NCBI GenBank assembly: GCA_002726235.1
Contig: PBSN01000008.1
Coordinates: 228,550 to 292,549 of the forward strand
Direction of reading: 5' to 3'
Length of the DNA stretch: 64,000 nt
Origin: Nitrospiraceae bacterium
GTDB lineage: Bacteria > Nitrospirota > Nitrospiria > Nitrospirales > UBA2166
The position numbers were made by a program, and so were the translations under genes. Below, piece after piece: positions 46,961 to 57,126 of the stretch (within the stretch, counting starts at the first letter, position 1; each line of letters begins with the position of its first letter). The notes beneath the pieces are model-generated. The model made no database searches, was not told where the DNA came from, and worked only from the letters and a program-made list of their open reading frames with translations.

Positions 46961-48910
46961 ATGAAGCGGCTTTTTGAGGGGAGAATGAGAAATAAGCAGC
47001 TATTGAGCTGGCTAGCCGTTGGGGTTCTTGTGGGCGCCTTGCTGCTTCCTCTGGTGATCTCAATTCCCCTGTTGGCGGAAGAGTTTGAAGATGCAGCGCT
47101 TGAACAGGCGGCTTTTGCTGAAGAGACCCTAGGTGAGGATGTTCCTGCTCAGGAAATTGGATATGACGTTCATTACGGAGACGAAGGAATTGTTCAAGGG
47201 CCACCTGCTCCTGTGACCTCGGATAACGAAAATGATTATCCGCGGTACAACTTCGAGAGTCGGGTCATTATCTGGGTTGCGAACCAACAGCACCTCTATT
47301 ATGGCAGTTTTGTGCTTGCGGTGCCGATCTTCGTGATGATCATCGAGTTTATCGGGATGGTCACCAAAGATCGTGCGATGGCGCAGAAGTACGATACGCT
47401 CGCGTATGACTTTATCAAAATCAGTATTACCGCCTATTCGATTACCGCAATTCTAGGAGGGGTGCTGGTATTTACGTTTATGATTCTCTATCCGGCATTC
47501 TGGACGTACATGACGAAGATCTTCCATCCAGCCATGCACATCTACGTCTTGTTGTTCTTGGCTGAGAGTGGGACGCTCTACATCTACTATTACGGCTGGG
47601 ATGCAATGCGAGAAGGACTTCTTAAGTGGGTCCATCTTAGTATGGCGGTATTCCTGAATGTATTTGGTACGGTGCTCATGATGCTCGCGAATTCATGGGC
47701 GACGTTTATGATGTCTCCTGCTGGAGTCGATGCCGAGGGGCAGTATCTTGGGAACATCTGGTTGGCAGTGCATAACCATCTTTGGAATCCCGTTAATATT
47801 CACAGGATTCTTGGCAATATGGTATTTGGTGGAGGGATTGTCGCTGCCTATGCAGCCTATCGCTTCTTGTCAGCGAAAAACGATGAGGAGCGAGCCCACT
47901 ACGATTGGATGGGGTATGTCGCGATGTTCATCGCCGTCGCGTTCCTTATTCCTCTTCCCTTTGCCGGTTATTACTTAATGCGGGAGGTGTATGCATACCG
48001 GCAGCAGATGGGTATTACGCTTATGGGAGGACTGCTGGCTTGGCTGTTTATTATCCAAGCCGTCCTGATCGGGGCGCTATTCCTGACAACAAATTATTAT
48101 TTATGGCAAGGGATGGAGCGTATGCGAGGTGCTGAACGTTATCAGAAGTACATTAAGTACATGACGTTTGTGCTCATCGTCTGTTTCTTGGTTTGGTTAA
48201 CGCCGCATACGATGGTCATGACACCAACTGAATTAAAGGAGATGGGAGGGCAGCAACATCCTGTCGTTGGCAACTACGGGGTCATGTCGGCTAAGAATGG
48301 GGCAGTAAATATCATCATAACCACGACTGTGCTGAGTTTTCTTTTGTATCAGAGGTGTAACAAGATACCAACGGTTCCGTGGGCAAGGTATGGGAATATT
48401 GCGCTATGGGCTTTGTTTAGCGTCGCATTTGTCAACATTATTTGGCTGGCAATCTATGGCTATTACATACCTGCTAATGTGCGCGTGGGGCTTTCAGTGC
48501 CCCAAGTTGTCTCAACGCTATCGTGCTTGTTTATTGGAATGACAATAAACTTATTTATGATGCGTGGTGCGAAGCCAACAGGCCCGGTCGAATGGGGAAA
48601 GATTTCGGTTCGATCTCAGTATGCGTTGTTCATGCTGGCAACGTCGTTTACCTGGATGATGGGATTGATGGGGTATATCCGATCATCTGTACGGCTTCAT
48701 TGGCATGTCAATGAAATCATGCGTGATAACTCTCCGTGGGCTTTTACGCATACCATCGGTTTTGCGGCGAACATGATCTCATTTAATGTGCTCTTCTTCT
48801 GGGTCACATTACTCTTCGTCTTCTGGCTTGGATCTTTGGGGACGAAGAAGGCGGTAGTAGAAAAGGGTAGAGCCGCTCCGGTTGCGGCTCTTGCACCAAG
48901 CACTAACTAA
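46961..48910 (+). CDS. Cytochrome bd-like oxidase subunit I (CydA-like, Nitrospirota type)
   Basis: Polytopic membrane protein. QQHL, FLAES, WVHL, ANSWATFMMSPAG, NIHR and MGYIRSSVRLHW correspond to CydA motifs. No cydB follows. Confidence 0.88.
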   Translation: MKRLFEGRMRNKQLLSWLAVGVLVGALLLPLVISIPLLAEEFEDAALEQAAFAEETLGEDVPAQEIGYDVHYGDEGIVQGPPAPVTSDNENDYPRYNFESRVIIWVANQQHLYYGSFVLAVPIFVMIIEFIGMVTKDRAMAQKYDTLAYDFIKISITAYSITAILGGVLVFTFMILYPAFWTYMTKIFHPAMHIYVLLFLAESGTLYIYYYGWDAMREGLLKWVHLSMAVFLNVFGTVLMMLANSWATFMMSPAGVDAEGQYLGNIWLAVHNHLWNPVNIHRILGNMVFGGGIVAAYAAYRFLSAKNDEERAHYDWMGYVAMFIAVAFLIPLPFAGYYLMREVYAYRQQMGITLMGGLLAWLFIIQAVLIGALFLTTNYYLWQGMERMRGAERYQKYIKYMTFVLIVCFLVWLTPHTMVMTPTELKEMGGQQHPVVGNYGVMSAKNGAVNIIITTTVLSFLLYQRCNKIPTVPWARYGNIALWALFSVAFVNIIWLAIYGYYIPANVRVGLSVPQVVSTLSCLFIGMTINLFMMRGAKPTGPVEWGKISVRSQYALFMLATSFTWMMGLMGYIRSSVRLHWHVNEIMRDNSPWAFTHTIGFAANMISFNVLFFWVTLLFVFWLGSLGTKKAVVEKGRAAPVAALAPSTN

Positions 48911-48941
48911 ACTAATGCCATTGAATGAAGCGAGGGGATAG

Positions 48942-50168
48942 GTGGACTTTCTGAAGGATAAAAAATTGCTCTTCCGGCTCTGGATTGGGTTGTTGGCTCT
49001 TGGCTTGGTTGTACTCGCCATCACCAATTATCGTGTGAATTTCTACGGGAATTCCAGGTTGCTCCCTGTATCATTAGGGATCTTCGTTACCGCAACGTTC
49101 TTGCTCGGAATTTATTTCCAAAAAGTTCGTGTGGTGATGCATGGTGCGGCATTTATGATTTTCGTTGCTGCAGCGTTTGCTGGATTTTCCAATTGGCTTC
49201 CCCAAACTATTGGGGAACCTCCTCCATTTGAAGAGAAAATTGCGGATATTTCCACGATGTCAACGCAAGAACTTGCCGATCTTGGGGAAAAGCTGATTTT
49301 TGGTGCGGTGGGGGCGAGTACCGTCAAAGGATCAATTGGGAAAGGGCAATGTCCTCTGTGTCATGTATTTGGGTCAAGCGAACATGGCGAGCGGGCACCC
49401 AATATGTATGGGTTGCCGGATCGCTCTGAGAAGATTGTGAAACTCGATGAATATCAGAACCGTGACACTGTACAGACGGTGGCATTTGATGGAAGCGGGA
49501 TTGCAGAGAGTGGACTTGAATATATGGCGGAGTCGCATGCATGCCCCAACTGTTATGTGAGTCCTGGTTTTGGAAAGGGTGGCACAAACGATCGTGAAAG
49601 TCCGATGCCTGCCATTCATAAATCGCCAATCAATCTCACCATCGATGAAATGGTTGCCATTGATACTTGGTCGTATATCCGTGAGGGGCTTGAGGCACCT
49701 TCTGTTGACGAGATGCGTGTAGCCTATGAGAAGTTTATTCCAGAAGATGAGCGACCGCAGGCCTCCTCTGGAGCTGATGGGGAAGGCGAAGGGGGCGAAA
49801 GCCAGCTGTATGCTACCGGGGATGAACCGTTGCCGAAGCTTTTTGAGAAAGCGCAGTGCACGGTTTGTCATGTGATTCCAGGGATTCCAGATGCCGATGA
49901 AGGCGATTTTGGGCCTGAGCTTTACGTCAAGACCAATGCGCCTAAGCGGATGAAGGATAAAAACTATACGGGATCAGCGTCATCGGTTGAGGCATACATC
50001 TTAGAATCTATTCTGGATCCTAATCTCTATATCGTTCCGGACTTTGATGAAGACTTGATGCCTGAAGACTTTGGGACTGGGCTCAACGCCAAAACTGTGT
50101 TTAGAATCGTCAACTACCTCTCGCAGCTTGAGAAAGGTAAAGATCCTCCGAATCACGAGGAGATGTAA
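48942..50168 (+). CDS. Membrane-anchored diheme cytochrome c
   Basis: Three N-terminal TM helices; CPLCH and CTVCH; distal SPMP and LMP. Confidence 0.88.
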   Translation: MDFLKDKKLLFRLWIGLLALGLVVLAITNYRVNFYGNSRLLPVSLGIFVTATFLLGIYFQKVRVVMHGAAFMIFVAAAFAGFSNWLPQTIGEPPPFEEKIADISTMSTQELADLGEKLIFGAVGASTVKGSIGKGQCPLCHVFGSSEHGERAPNMYGLPDRSEKIVKLDEYQNRDTVQTVAFDGSGIAESGLEYMAESHACPNCYVSPGFGKGGTNDRESPMPAIHKSPINLTIDEMVAIDTWSYIREGLEAPSVDEMRVAYEKFIPEDERPQASSGADGEGEGGESQLYATGDEPLPKLFEKAQCTVCHVIPGIPDADEGDFGPELYVKTNAPKRMKDKNYTGSASSVEAYILESILDPNLYIVPDFDEDLMPEDFGTGLNAKTVFRIVNYLSQLEKGKDPPNHEEM

Positions 50169-50258
50169 GGGCAGGCAATGACTCCACCGGTAATTATGGG
50201 GAGAGAATATATAATGTGCGTGGACAAAGGTACGGCCGTTGTCATGAGGGAGGCTTAA

Positions 50259-51179
50259 ATGCCGGGTTTTATTGAAGGGATGATGCCTGTTCAGCTATTG
50301 GCGGAAATATTGCTGATCATTGTTATCTTCGTATTGGGTGCGATGATCTTGGACAAAAAGATGGGAATTCGTATTCCCATGTTGCTCCAAGCAGCCTTGG
50401 TATTCATTGCTGGATGGTGGTACTACAAGTTTAGAATTGAACCTCCGTTGCCATTTAGTGTGCGGGCGATCTATCAGGTAATGATTGCCATTGGTATTTT
50501 CATGTGGGTGTCTTCGGCTGAGAAAGGTTGGACAGAGTTTAAACGTCCAATTCTTGCGGTGTTGGATGCGAAGACGCCGTTAACGTGGTGGGTGAGGGCG
50601 GTTCTCCTTGTCGTATTGCCGCTTTCTGCAAGCGGAATGGCCTACAAGAATCTCTTGCCTAGCCTGGGAGAACCTATTGAGCTTCGAACTGTCCATCCGG
50701 CCCCACCGGCAGCAGTAACGGTCCATGGTAAGAAGTTCCCCTTGCAAACCTCTGAGAGTCCGGTCAGGGTTGATGAAAGCGGTGAATACTCCAATCATAT
50801 ACAAGACGCGCATGTGATGGACAATCCATTCGATCCTGACAGTATCCAGTACATGCAGAATGTTAAGGAAGGTGGCGACATTTTCTTTCAGAACTGCCAC
50901 TTTTGCCATGGGGATAATTTGAATGGTCGCGGTTTATACGCCTATGCGTTTAATCCGATTCCCGCAAACTTTACCGATCCTGGCACCCTCGCGCAACTCC
51001 AAGAGACATTCGTGTTTTGGCGCGTAGCCAAAGGTGGGCCAGGGCTGCCGCGTGAAGGGTTTCCCTGGGCATCAGCGATGCCTCCATGGGAGCAGCATCT
51101 AACGACGGAAGAGATCTGGAAAGTAATTTTGTTTGAGTATTGGCATACTAAGTATCCGCCGCGGACTTGGGATGAGTAG
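50259..51179 (+). CDS. Membrane-bound monoheme cytochrome c
   Basis: About four TM helices; CHFCH; SAMPPW. Confidence 0.88.
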   Translation: MPGFIEGMMPVQLLAEILLIIVIFVLGAMILDKKMGIRIPMLLQAALVFIAGWWYYKFRIEPPLPFSVRAIYQVMIAIGIFMWVSSAEKGWTEFKRPILAVLDAKTPLTWWVRAVLLVVLPLSASGMAYKNLLPSLGEPIELRTVHPAPPAAVTVHGKKFPLQTSESPVRVDESGEYSNHIQDAHVMDNPFDPDSIQYMQNVKEGGDIFFQNCHFCHGDNLNGRGLYAYAFNPIPANFTDPGTLAQLQETFVFWRVAKGGPGLPREGFPWASAMPPWEQHLTTEEIWKVILFEYWHTKYPPRTWDE

Positions 51180-51210
51180 CCGTATGGGTGCTGTTGGGGG
51201 AAATACAACA

Positions 51211-52959
51211 ATGATGACAGATCATGCCTGGTGGCGGTCTCGCCGTGTTATCTTGATTGGGCTTGCGCTTGGCCTCTGCACGCTTTTAATGTCAGCACCT
51301 TGGTTGGTGAGTGTTGCTCCTGGACAGGAGGAGGAAGAAGAGGGTGAGCAATTGCCTGCCGGTTTTGTCGACGGCGAATTACCTGCAGAGCCGACACCAG
51401 AACAACTTGAAAATGGAAAAAAAGTCTACTTCAGCAAATGTGTGTGGTGTCATGGCGTTGAGGGTGCGGGTGATGGGCCGGGTGCGGATCGGTTGTGGCC
51501 GCGACCGCGGAATTTTATTCAGGGCACCTTCAAAGTAAGGCATACGTTTAGTGGAGAATTGCCCCTGCTCGAAGATCTTTTTCAAACTGTCACGCATGGG
51601 TTGCCTGGGTCGGCCATGCCTCCGTGGGATGGCATTTTGAATGAGCAACAACGTCGCGATGTCGTTGCGTTTATCGCGTTTGTGCTTATTCAAGATCGTG
51701 CGTTTGATGATGACGAATTTGAGTATGTGACCAAACTCGAATTGGACACGCTGGAGCCAATTCCAACTTCGCCTGAAAGCCTTGAACAGGGTAAGGCTGT
51801 GTTTGACCGCTTGCGTTGTGCAGAGTGCCATGGCCAGGAAGGGCGCGGGGATGGGAATCCTTTCAATCTGAAAGATGACTGGGGTTTTGCAATTCAGCCG
51901 GCAGATTTCAGCAAGTGCTGGAATTTTAGGGGGAGCCGGCAGGATCCTTATAATGTTCGAAATATATTTCGGACGTTTTCAACAGGACTTAATGGAACAC
52001 CAATGCCTTCCTTTGCTGATCAAACGACGATTGATGAGCGCTGGCATCTCTCGAATTTTGTGAATTCTCTCTGCGAGCGGGATGACGAAGGCAATCCGAT
52101 GAAGATTGATCCGTTAACCGACAAGCCCGCTATTACATTTGTGGTGCGTTCGGGGTTTCTCGAAGAGGGTGCCACGATTCCCGATGATCCTCAGGACCCG
52201 GCATGGGAAGCGCGCGAACAACGTTTTATTGGCATGGCCGGGCAGATTATCCATAAGAGCCGAAACTTTGTAAATAAAATTGACAATATTTTTGTTCGGT
52301 CGCTTTATGACGACAATGACATCGCGTTTTTGTTTGAATGGAACGATCGGAGCCAAAGCATCAAACCTGATGACCTTGAAGCTGTTATGCCAGAAGAAAC
52401 TCCTCCGAGTGGCGATCCAATCGCCGGCAAGATTCGTGCGTATGGACCATTTAATGATGCGATTGCAATTCAGTTTCCAACCGATTGGGCTAACCTAACT
52501 CCTCCTGAAAAGCCACGATTTATTCATGGAGATAGCAAGAACTCTGTGGATCTGTGGAAATGGGAATCTGACAATACAATCAAAGCCTATACCGGGACCG
52601 GTGCATTGGAACCATTGGTTGAGCGCGAAGCATCATCCGCTGGGCTGCAAGTTGTTTTTTCCGAATATAAAGATGGTAAGTGGACGCTTATGGTGAAGCG
52701 ATCCCTAGCGGCAGAGAATGAAGGAGATGTCGAATTTGTCCCTGGTGAATACATTCCGACAGTGTTTTTCGCTTGGGAAGGCCACAATGGAGATTATGGT
52801 ATTAGAATGGCCATTTCGACGTTTTATAGTACCATTCTGGAGCCTCAGATTCCGGCTTCCGTCGCTTGGTATGCAATCTTTATCGGTATAGGGATTGTCA
52901 TTGTCGAAGTTTGGGTCTTAACGGGAAGGCGCAATCGCGCACAAGGGAAGGCCGTGTAG
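51211..52959 (+). CDS. Diheme cytochrome c fused to an ethylbenzene-dehydrogenase gamma-like (heme b) domain
   Basis: CVWCH and CAECH; VRSLYD..IAFLFEWND, DAIAIQFP, VDLWKW and FFAWEG; C-terminal TM. Start 51172 or 51211. Confidence 0.85.
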   Translation: MMTDHAWWRSRRVILIGLALGLCTLLMSAPWLVSVAPGQEEEEEGEQLPAGFVDGELPAEPTPEQLENGKKVYFSKCVWCHGVEGAGDGPGADRLWPRPRNFIQGTFKVRHTFSGELPLLEDLFQTVTHGLPGSAMPPWDGILNEQQRRDVVAFIAFVLIQDRAFDDDEFEYVTKLELDTLEPIPTSPESLEQGKAVFDRLRCAECHGQEGRGDGNPFNLKDDWGFAIQPADFSKCWNFRGSRQDPYNVRNIFRTFSTGLNGTPMPSFADQTTIDERWHLSNFVNSLCERDDEGNPMKIDPLTDKPAITFVVRSGFLEEGATIPDDPQDPAWEAREQRFIGMAGQIIHKSRNFVNKIDNIFVRSLYDDNDIAFLFEWNDRSQSIKPDDLEAVMPEETPPSGDPIAGKIRAYGPFNDAIAIQFPTDWANLTPPEKPRFIHGDSKNSVDLWKWESDNTIKAYTGTGALEPLVEREASSAGLQVVFSEYKDGKWTLMVKRSLAAENEGDVEFVPGEYIPTVFFAWEGHNGDYGIRMAISTFYSTILEPQIPASVAWYAIFIGIGIVIVEVWVLTGRRNRAQGKAV

Positions 52960-53003
52960 CCGACTCAGCGGATCAGTTTCTGAAATAACGAATGTGTGTT
53001 ATG

Positions 53004-53033
53004 ACAAGGGGTGCTTTCCACCCCTTGTTTTTT
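53004..53033 (+). terminator. Intrinsic terminator of the oxidase/cytochrome operon
   Basis: ACAAGGGGTG-ctttc-CACCCCTTGT followed by a T run. Confidence 0.85.
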
Positions 53034-53053
53034 ATACAGCATCATCAGATCCT

Positions 53054-53695
53054 ATGAACCTTCTACCAGCGACGTGTGTCATTCTTGCTGGTGGCAAAAG
53101 CCGCCGAATGGGGATGGATAAGCGTTTCCTTGAGGTAGGCGGACAAACAATGTTGGGACGCACGATCACTGTCTGTGAGACGTTGTTTGCTGACATCATG
53201 GTAGTGACTGCTGCTCCTGAACCTTCGATTGAGACTCAGCTCAGAGTCGTTCACGATGTTATTCCTGGCTGTGCAACCCTTGGGGGAATATATACGGGCC
53301 TGTCGTACGCATCTTTCGAGTATGGATTTGTTATAGCATGTGATATGCCATGGATACATCCAGATTTGGTTAAATTTCTTGTCGCTCTCGTTCAGGAGCC
53401 TCAAGAAACTGAGTATGATGTCATCATCCCAAAACTACAGTCTGGATTGCAGCCAACACATGCGGTCTATTCTAAACGCTGCCTTCCATTCCTAAAAGAA
53501 ATGCTTGATAGGCGTGATCTCAAGGTGCAGGGGCTTTGTGCTTATGCCAACGTGTCTGTGCGTTATGTCTCCAGTGATGAAATTGAAAAATTTGATCCAC
53601 ATGGTCGAGCATTTGCAAACGTAAACACTTTGGAAGATTTGGAAAACGTAAGACGAGATGCGGATCTTGATCGTTCACCACAGCGCATTGAGTGA
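53054..53695 (+). CDS. mobA: Molybdenum cofactor guanylyltransferase
   Basis: ILAGGKSRRMGMDK, LGGIYTGL, ACDMP and NVNT motifs; ATG 53054. Confidence 0.93.
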   Translation: MNLLPATCVILAGGKSRRMGMDKRFLEVGGQTMLGRTITVCETLFADIMVVTAAPEPSIETQLRVVHDVIPGCATLGGIYTGLSYASFEYGFVIACDMPWIHPDLVKFLVALVQEPQETEYDVIIPKLQSGLQPTHAVYSKRCLPFLKEMLDRRDLKVQGLCAYANVSVRYVSSDEIEKFDPHGRAFANVNTLEDLENVRRDADLDRSPQRIE

Positions 53696-53930
53696 CTTGC
53701 TTCTCGGCATGCCAGAGGTTTTTTCTTTACGCGCAGATACATGCCGTGCTTGATCATGGTTGTAGAGGGCTCTCTTTTTCTTAACTTTCTTGGGTGGCAT
53801 TACCTCGCCAGATAAAGTAGCTTCCTCCCGAGCGTATTTTTCAATAATACGTTAATGCGTTCCGCTGATTTGTTCTACGCAAAGAAAAATCGAGCGTGTT
53901 CGACTCGATCAATTATTTTGTAGGGCCACA

Positions 53931-54323
53931 TTAGCTTGACTCTGGTTTATTGGTTCTTCGGAAGTCCTCTTGGTGAATAGAATGAGGCGTGTTGTGATGC
54001 AGGGATTGTTCTTTGTGGTCGAAGATGGGTTTTTGAGGTAGTGATGACCCATTGACCATATGGCGAAGCTCTTTTCCGACTTTGAAAAATGGGATTTTTT
54101 TGGGAGGAATGAGAACGGTTGCACCGGTCTTTGGATTTCGCCCGTTTTTCATCTGGCGTTCGCGAAGCTTGAAACTTCCAAAGCCCCGCACTTCAATTTT
54201 TTCTCCTCGCGCGAGTGCGTTTTTCATTGATTCAAAAATGGTATTAACCACAATCTCAACTTGACTTTTTGTCAATTGGGATATTTGGGTGGTCAGTTGA
54301 CGTATCAGGTCAGCTTTTGTCAT
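53931..54323 (-). CDS. ihfB: Integration host factor beta / HU-family DNA-binding protein
   Basis: MTKADLI, IEVRGFGSF, GRNPKTG and PFFKVGKELR motifs; follows rpsA-sppA. Confidence 0.88.
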   Translation of the reverse strand: MTKADLIRQLTTQISQLTKSQVEIVVNTIFESMKNALARGEKIEVRGFGSFKLRERQMKNGRNPKTGATVLIPPKKIPFFKVGKELRHMVNGSSLPQKPIFDHKEQSLHHNTPHSIHQEDFRRTNKPESS

Positions 54324-54428
54324 AGGCAACGTTTTCCAATTTTCTTGTCTCCGTTCATGAGGTTTGCCTTTGTTGCACCGGTGTTGGTAATCACTATCAA
54401 TACCTAACTCAGCTACATGATTCTTGCA

Positions 54429-55340
54429 TCATAATGAAAATTTGTATTTGAGGCTAAACATTGCTGGCGTAGTAATTGTATATAGGGCCTCACGGAATTG
54501 GATGCGAATAAAATCCTGTAATGAAAACCGCGGTTTTGCTTCGATGACAGTTGGCTCTTCACTGATGCCAGCAAGATCTGCCGCCACTTGGATTGCGTCT
54601 TGTAGTGTTCCCAAGCGATCTACAAGATTGGCTGCAAGTGCTTGACGTCCGGTAAAAATTCTTCCATCGGCAAGGGGGTTGACTTGGTCAACCCCCATTT
54701 TCCGCCCTTCTGCCACTGCATGAATAAACTGATCATGGACATCGTCCATGACGTGCTGAAGAATGGCTCTCGCGTCCTCACTGAGAGGTAGAAATGGTGA
54801 TCCAATATCTTTATGGAGCCCGCTCTTCACCACAACACTCTCAAGTCCTATCTTGTCAAGAAGTTTCTCGACATTGGTTATTTCCATGATAACTCCGATG
54901 CTTCCAGTAATGGTTCCGGGGTTCGCGAGAATGGTATTGGATGCAGAGGCAATGTAATACCCTCCAGAGGCCGCCATGTCTCCCATTGAGGTCACCACCA
55001 TTTTTCCCCCGTCATCACGGACGCGCTTTAGTGCCGCATAGATTTCTTGGGATGGGACTACCGCTCCCCCCGGGCTGTCAATGCGGACAACGATTGCTTG
55101 AATAGTGGGGTCATCAGTAAAGTGCTCAATCTGGTCTATAATTTCTTGCGAATCGAGGATGATTCCTTCGATGCGGATCAAAGCGATGTTGCTATCATTC
55201 CCAATCGGTATCGCCTCTACGAGCAGGGTGATTCCAAGGACCAGGATGAAGAATCCTGCAATAACAAGGCCTATAGTTCTAATTCCACGGCTGAGTGGCG
55301 ATGGGCCGCGAGAGTTTGAAACCGATTCATTCATGATCAT
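54429..55340 (-). CDS. sppA: Signal peptide peptidase SppA (36K type)
   Basis: RIDSPGG, AASGGYYIA and TGSIGV motifs. Confidence 0.95.
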   Translation of the reverse strand: MIMNESVSNSRGPSPLSRGIRTIGLVIAGFFILVLGITLLVEAIPIGNDSNIALIRIEGIILDSQEIIDQIEHFTDDPTIQAIVVRIDSPGGAVVPSQEIYAALKRVRDDGGKMVVTSMGDMAASGGYYIASASNTILANPGTITGSIGVIMEITNVEKLLDKIGLESVVVKSGLHKDIGSPFLPLSEDARAILQHVMDDVHDQFIHAVAEGRKMGVDQVNPLADGRIFTGRQALAANLVDRLGTLQDAIQVAADLAGISEEPTVIEAKPRFSLQDFIRIQFREALYTITTPAMFSLKYKFSL

Positions 55341-55365
55341 TAATTCGTGTCATTGGGATACGGGT

Positions 55366-57096
55366 TCATGGAATGTTTTCACCATCTGTTTTTTCCTCGA
55401 TGGGAGTTTCGGTCGCGGTGTCGTCGGAGTTTTCCGCATCAACTTGTTGCGTTTGGTTAAATGTTTCGATTTGTTCTCGCTCAATGCCTTGGCGATATTC
55501 ACGGATGCTGAGGGCAATCTTTCGTTCCACAGTATCGACTTTGATCAGCTTTGCCTCGACTTCTGTGTCCACAGTAAAGTGATCTTCTATTTTGGCACTT
55601 CCTTCTAGGTCGGCTTCGCTGACATGAATAAGTCCTTCGACTCCTTCTTCAAGTTCCACAAATATGCCAAAATCTGTGATCTTCGAAATCCGTCCCTTCG
55701 ATATTTCCCCCACATGATAGCGACTTGGAATAAATTCATCCCATGGATTTGCAGTTAATTGTTTGTAACCCAAGGAAAGACGTTCTTTCTCGCGGTCGAT
55801 TTTAAGAACCACAGCCTCGGTTTGTGAGCCTTTTTTAAAAATCTCCGATGGATGCCGGATGTGCTTTGTCCATGACATATCTGAGATATGGATTAAACCG
55901 TCAATACCTTCTTCCAGCCCGATGAATGCGCCAAAATCAGTGAGACTTTTAACTTTACCTGGAATTGTGGCGCCCACGGCATATTTGCGTTCGATGAGAT
56001 CCCATGGGTTTGGTTCAGTCTGCTTTGTTCCAAGGGATATTTTTCTTCCATCCTGGTCAACATGAAGCACAGTGACCTCAATCTGGCTACCGACTGAAAG
56101 TATTTTTGAAGGGTGGCGAATTTCTTGTGTCCATGACATCTCGGAGACGTGAACGAGCCCTTCGATGCCAGGTTCAAGCTCCACAAACGCGCCATAATCC
56201 GCTAGGCTCACCACCTTTCCTGTATGACGGATCCCAACGGGATATTTCTCGTTCATATGAATCCAAGGATCCTCCGAGCGTTGTTTTAGCCCCAAAGATA
56301 CCCGAGAGTTTTCACGATCATACTTGAGTACCCTCACATTGATCTTGTCTCCGACGACACAAATCTCCGCAGGGTGAGTGACTCTTCCCCAGGACATATC
56401 AGTAATGTGTAACAGCCCGTCGATTCCTCCCAAATCGATAAACGCTCCGTAGGCCGTGATATTTTTTACTGTGCCATCAACGAATTGGCCTTCTTCAAGG
56501 GAGGCGAGGGTGTCTTTTCGTTTGATTGCCCGAGCCTCCTCAAGGACAACACGTCGTGATACCACAATGCTACCGCGCTGGTGATTGAATTTAATAATTT
56601 TCATGGGGAATGTTTTGCCAATCAGTGCATCAAGGTCTCGAACAGGGTGAAGATTTACCTGTGAACCTGGAAGGAACGCTTTGACTCCGATATCGACTAT
56701 CATTCCACCCTTAATACGAGAGACAATACGACTTTCAATGACAACTTCGTCGTGATACCACTTTTCTAATTCTTCCCAAACCTTCATTTTGTCGGCTTTT
56801 TCTTTGGAAAGGATCAGGTTGCCTTCATGATTTTCTTTTTGCTCAATGAACACTAACATTCGGTCGCCAACTTTGAGGTCTTCAAGTTCCTGCTCAGTGA
56901 GCTCCCTGACAGAGACCATTCCCTCGGATTTATAGCCGATATCAACAAGAACATGGTCTTTCCCGATATTGATGACTTCTCCTTCCACAACGGAACGTTC
57001 TGTAAATGGACGAAACGACTCTTCATACATTTCGTCCAAGGAGGGCTCATCGTTGGCAAGGGCCTCTTCTACTGGTGTGGCTATTGGCTGTTCCAT
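55366..57096 (-). CDS. rpsA: 30S ribosomal protein S1
   Basis: Six S1 repeats (DIGYKSEG, AFLPGSQ, GLLHITDMSW, GLVHVSEMSW). Confidence 0.98.
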   Translation of the reverse strand: MEQPIATPVEEALANDEPSLDEMYEESFRPFTERSVVEGEVINIGKDHVLVDIGYKSEGMVSVRELTEQELEDLKVGDRMLVFIEQKENHEGNLILSKEKADKMKVWEELEKWYHDEVVIESRIVSRIKGGMIVDIGVKAFLPGSQVNLHPVRDLDALIGKTFPMKIIKFNHQRGSIVVSRRVVLEEARAIKRKDTLASLEEGQFVDGTVKNITAYGAFIDLGGIDGLLHITDMSWGRVTHPAEICVVGDKINVRVLKYDRENSRVSLGLKQRSEDPWIHMNEKYPVGIRHTGKVVSLADYGAFVELEPGIEGLVHVSEMSWTQEIRHPSKILSVGSQIEVTVLHVDQDGRKISLGTKQTEPNPWDLIERKYAVGATIPGKVKSLTDFGAFIGLEEGIDGLIHISDMSWTKHIRHPSEIFKKGSQTEAVVLKIDREKERLSLGYKQLTANPWDEFIPSRYHVGEISKGRISKITDFGIFVELEEGVEGLIHVSEADLEGSAKIEDHFTVDTEVEAKLIKVDTVERKIALSIREYRQGIEREQIETFNQTQQVDAENSDDTATETPIEEKTDGENIP

Positions 57097-57126
57097 GAGA
57101 TGTTTACTATCTCCTAAGGTGAAAGG

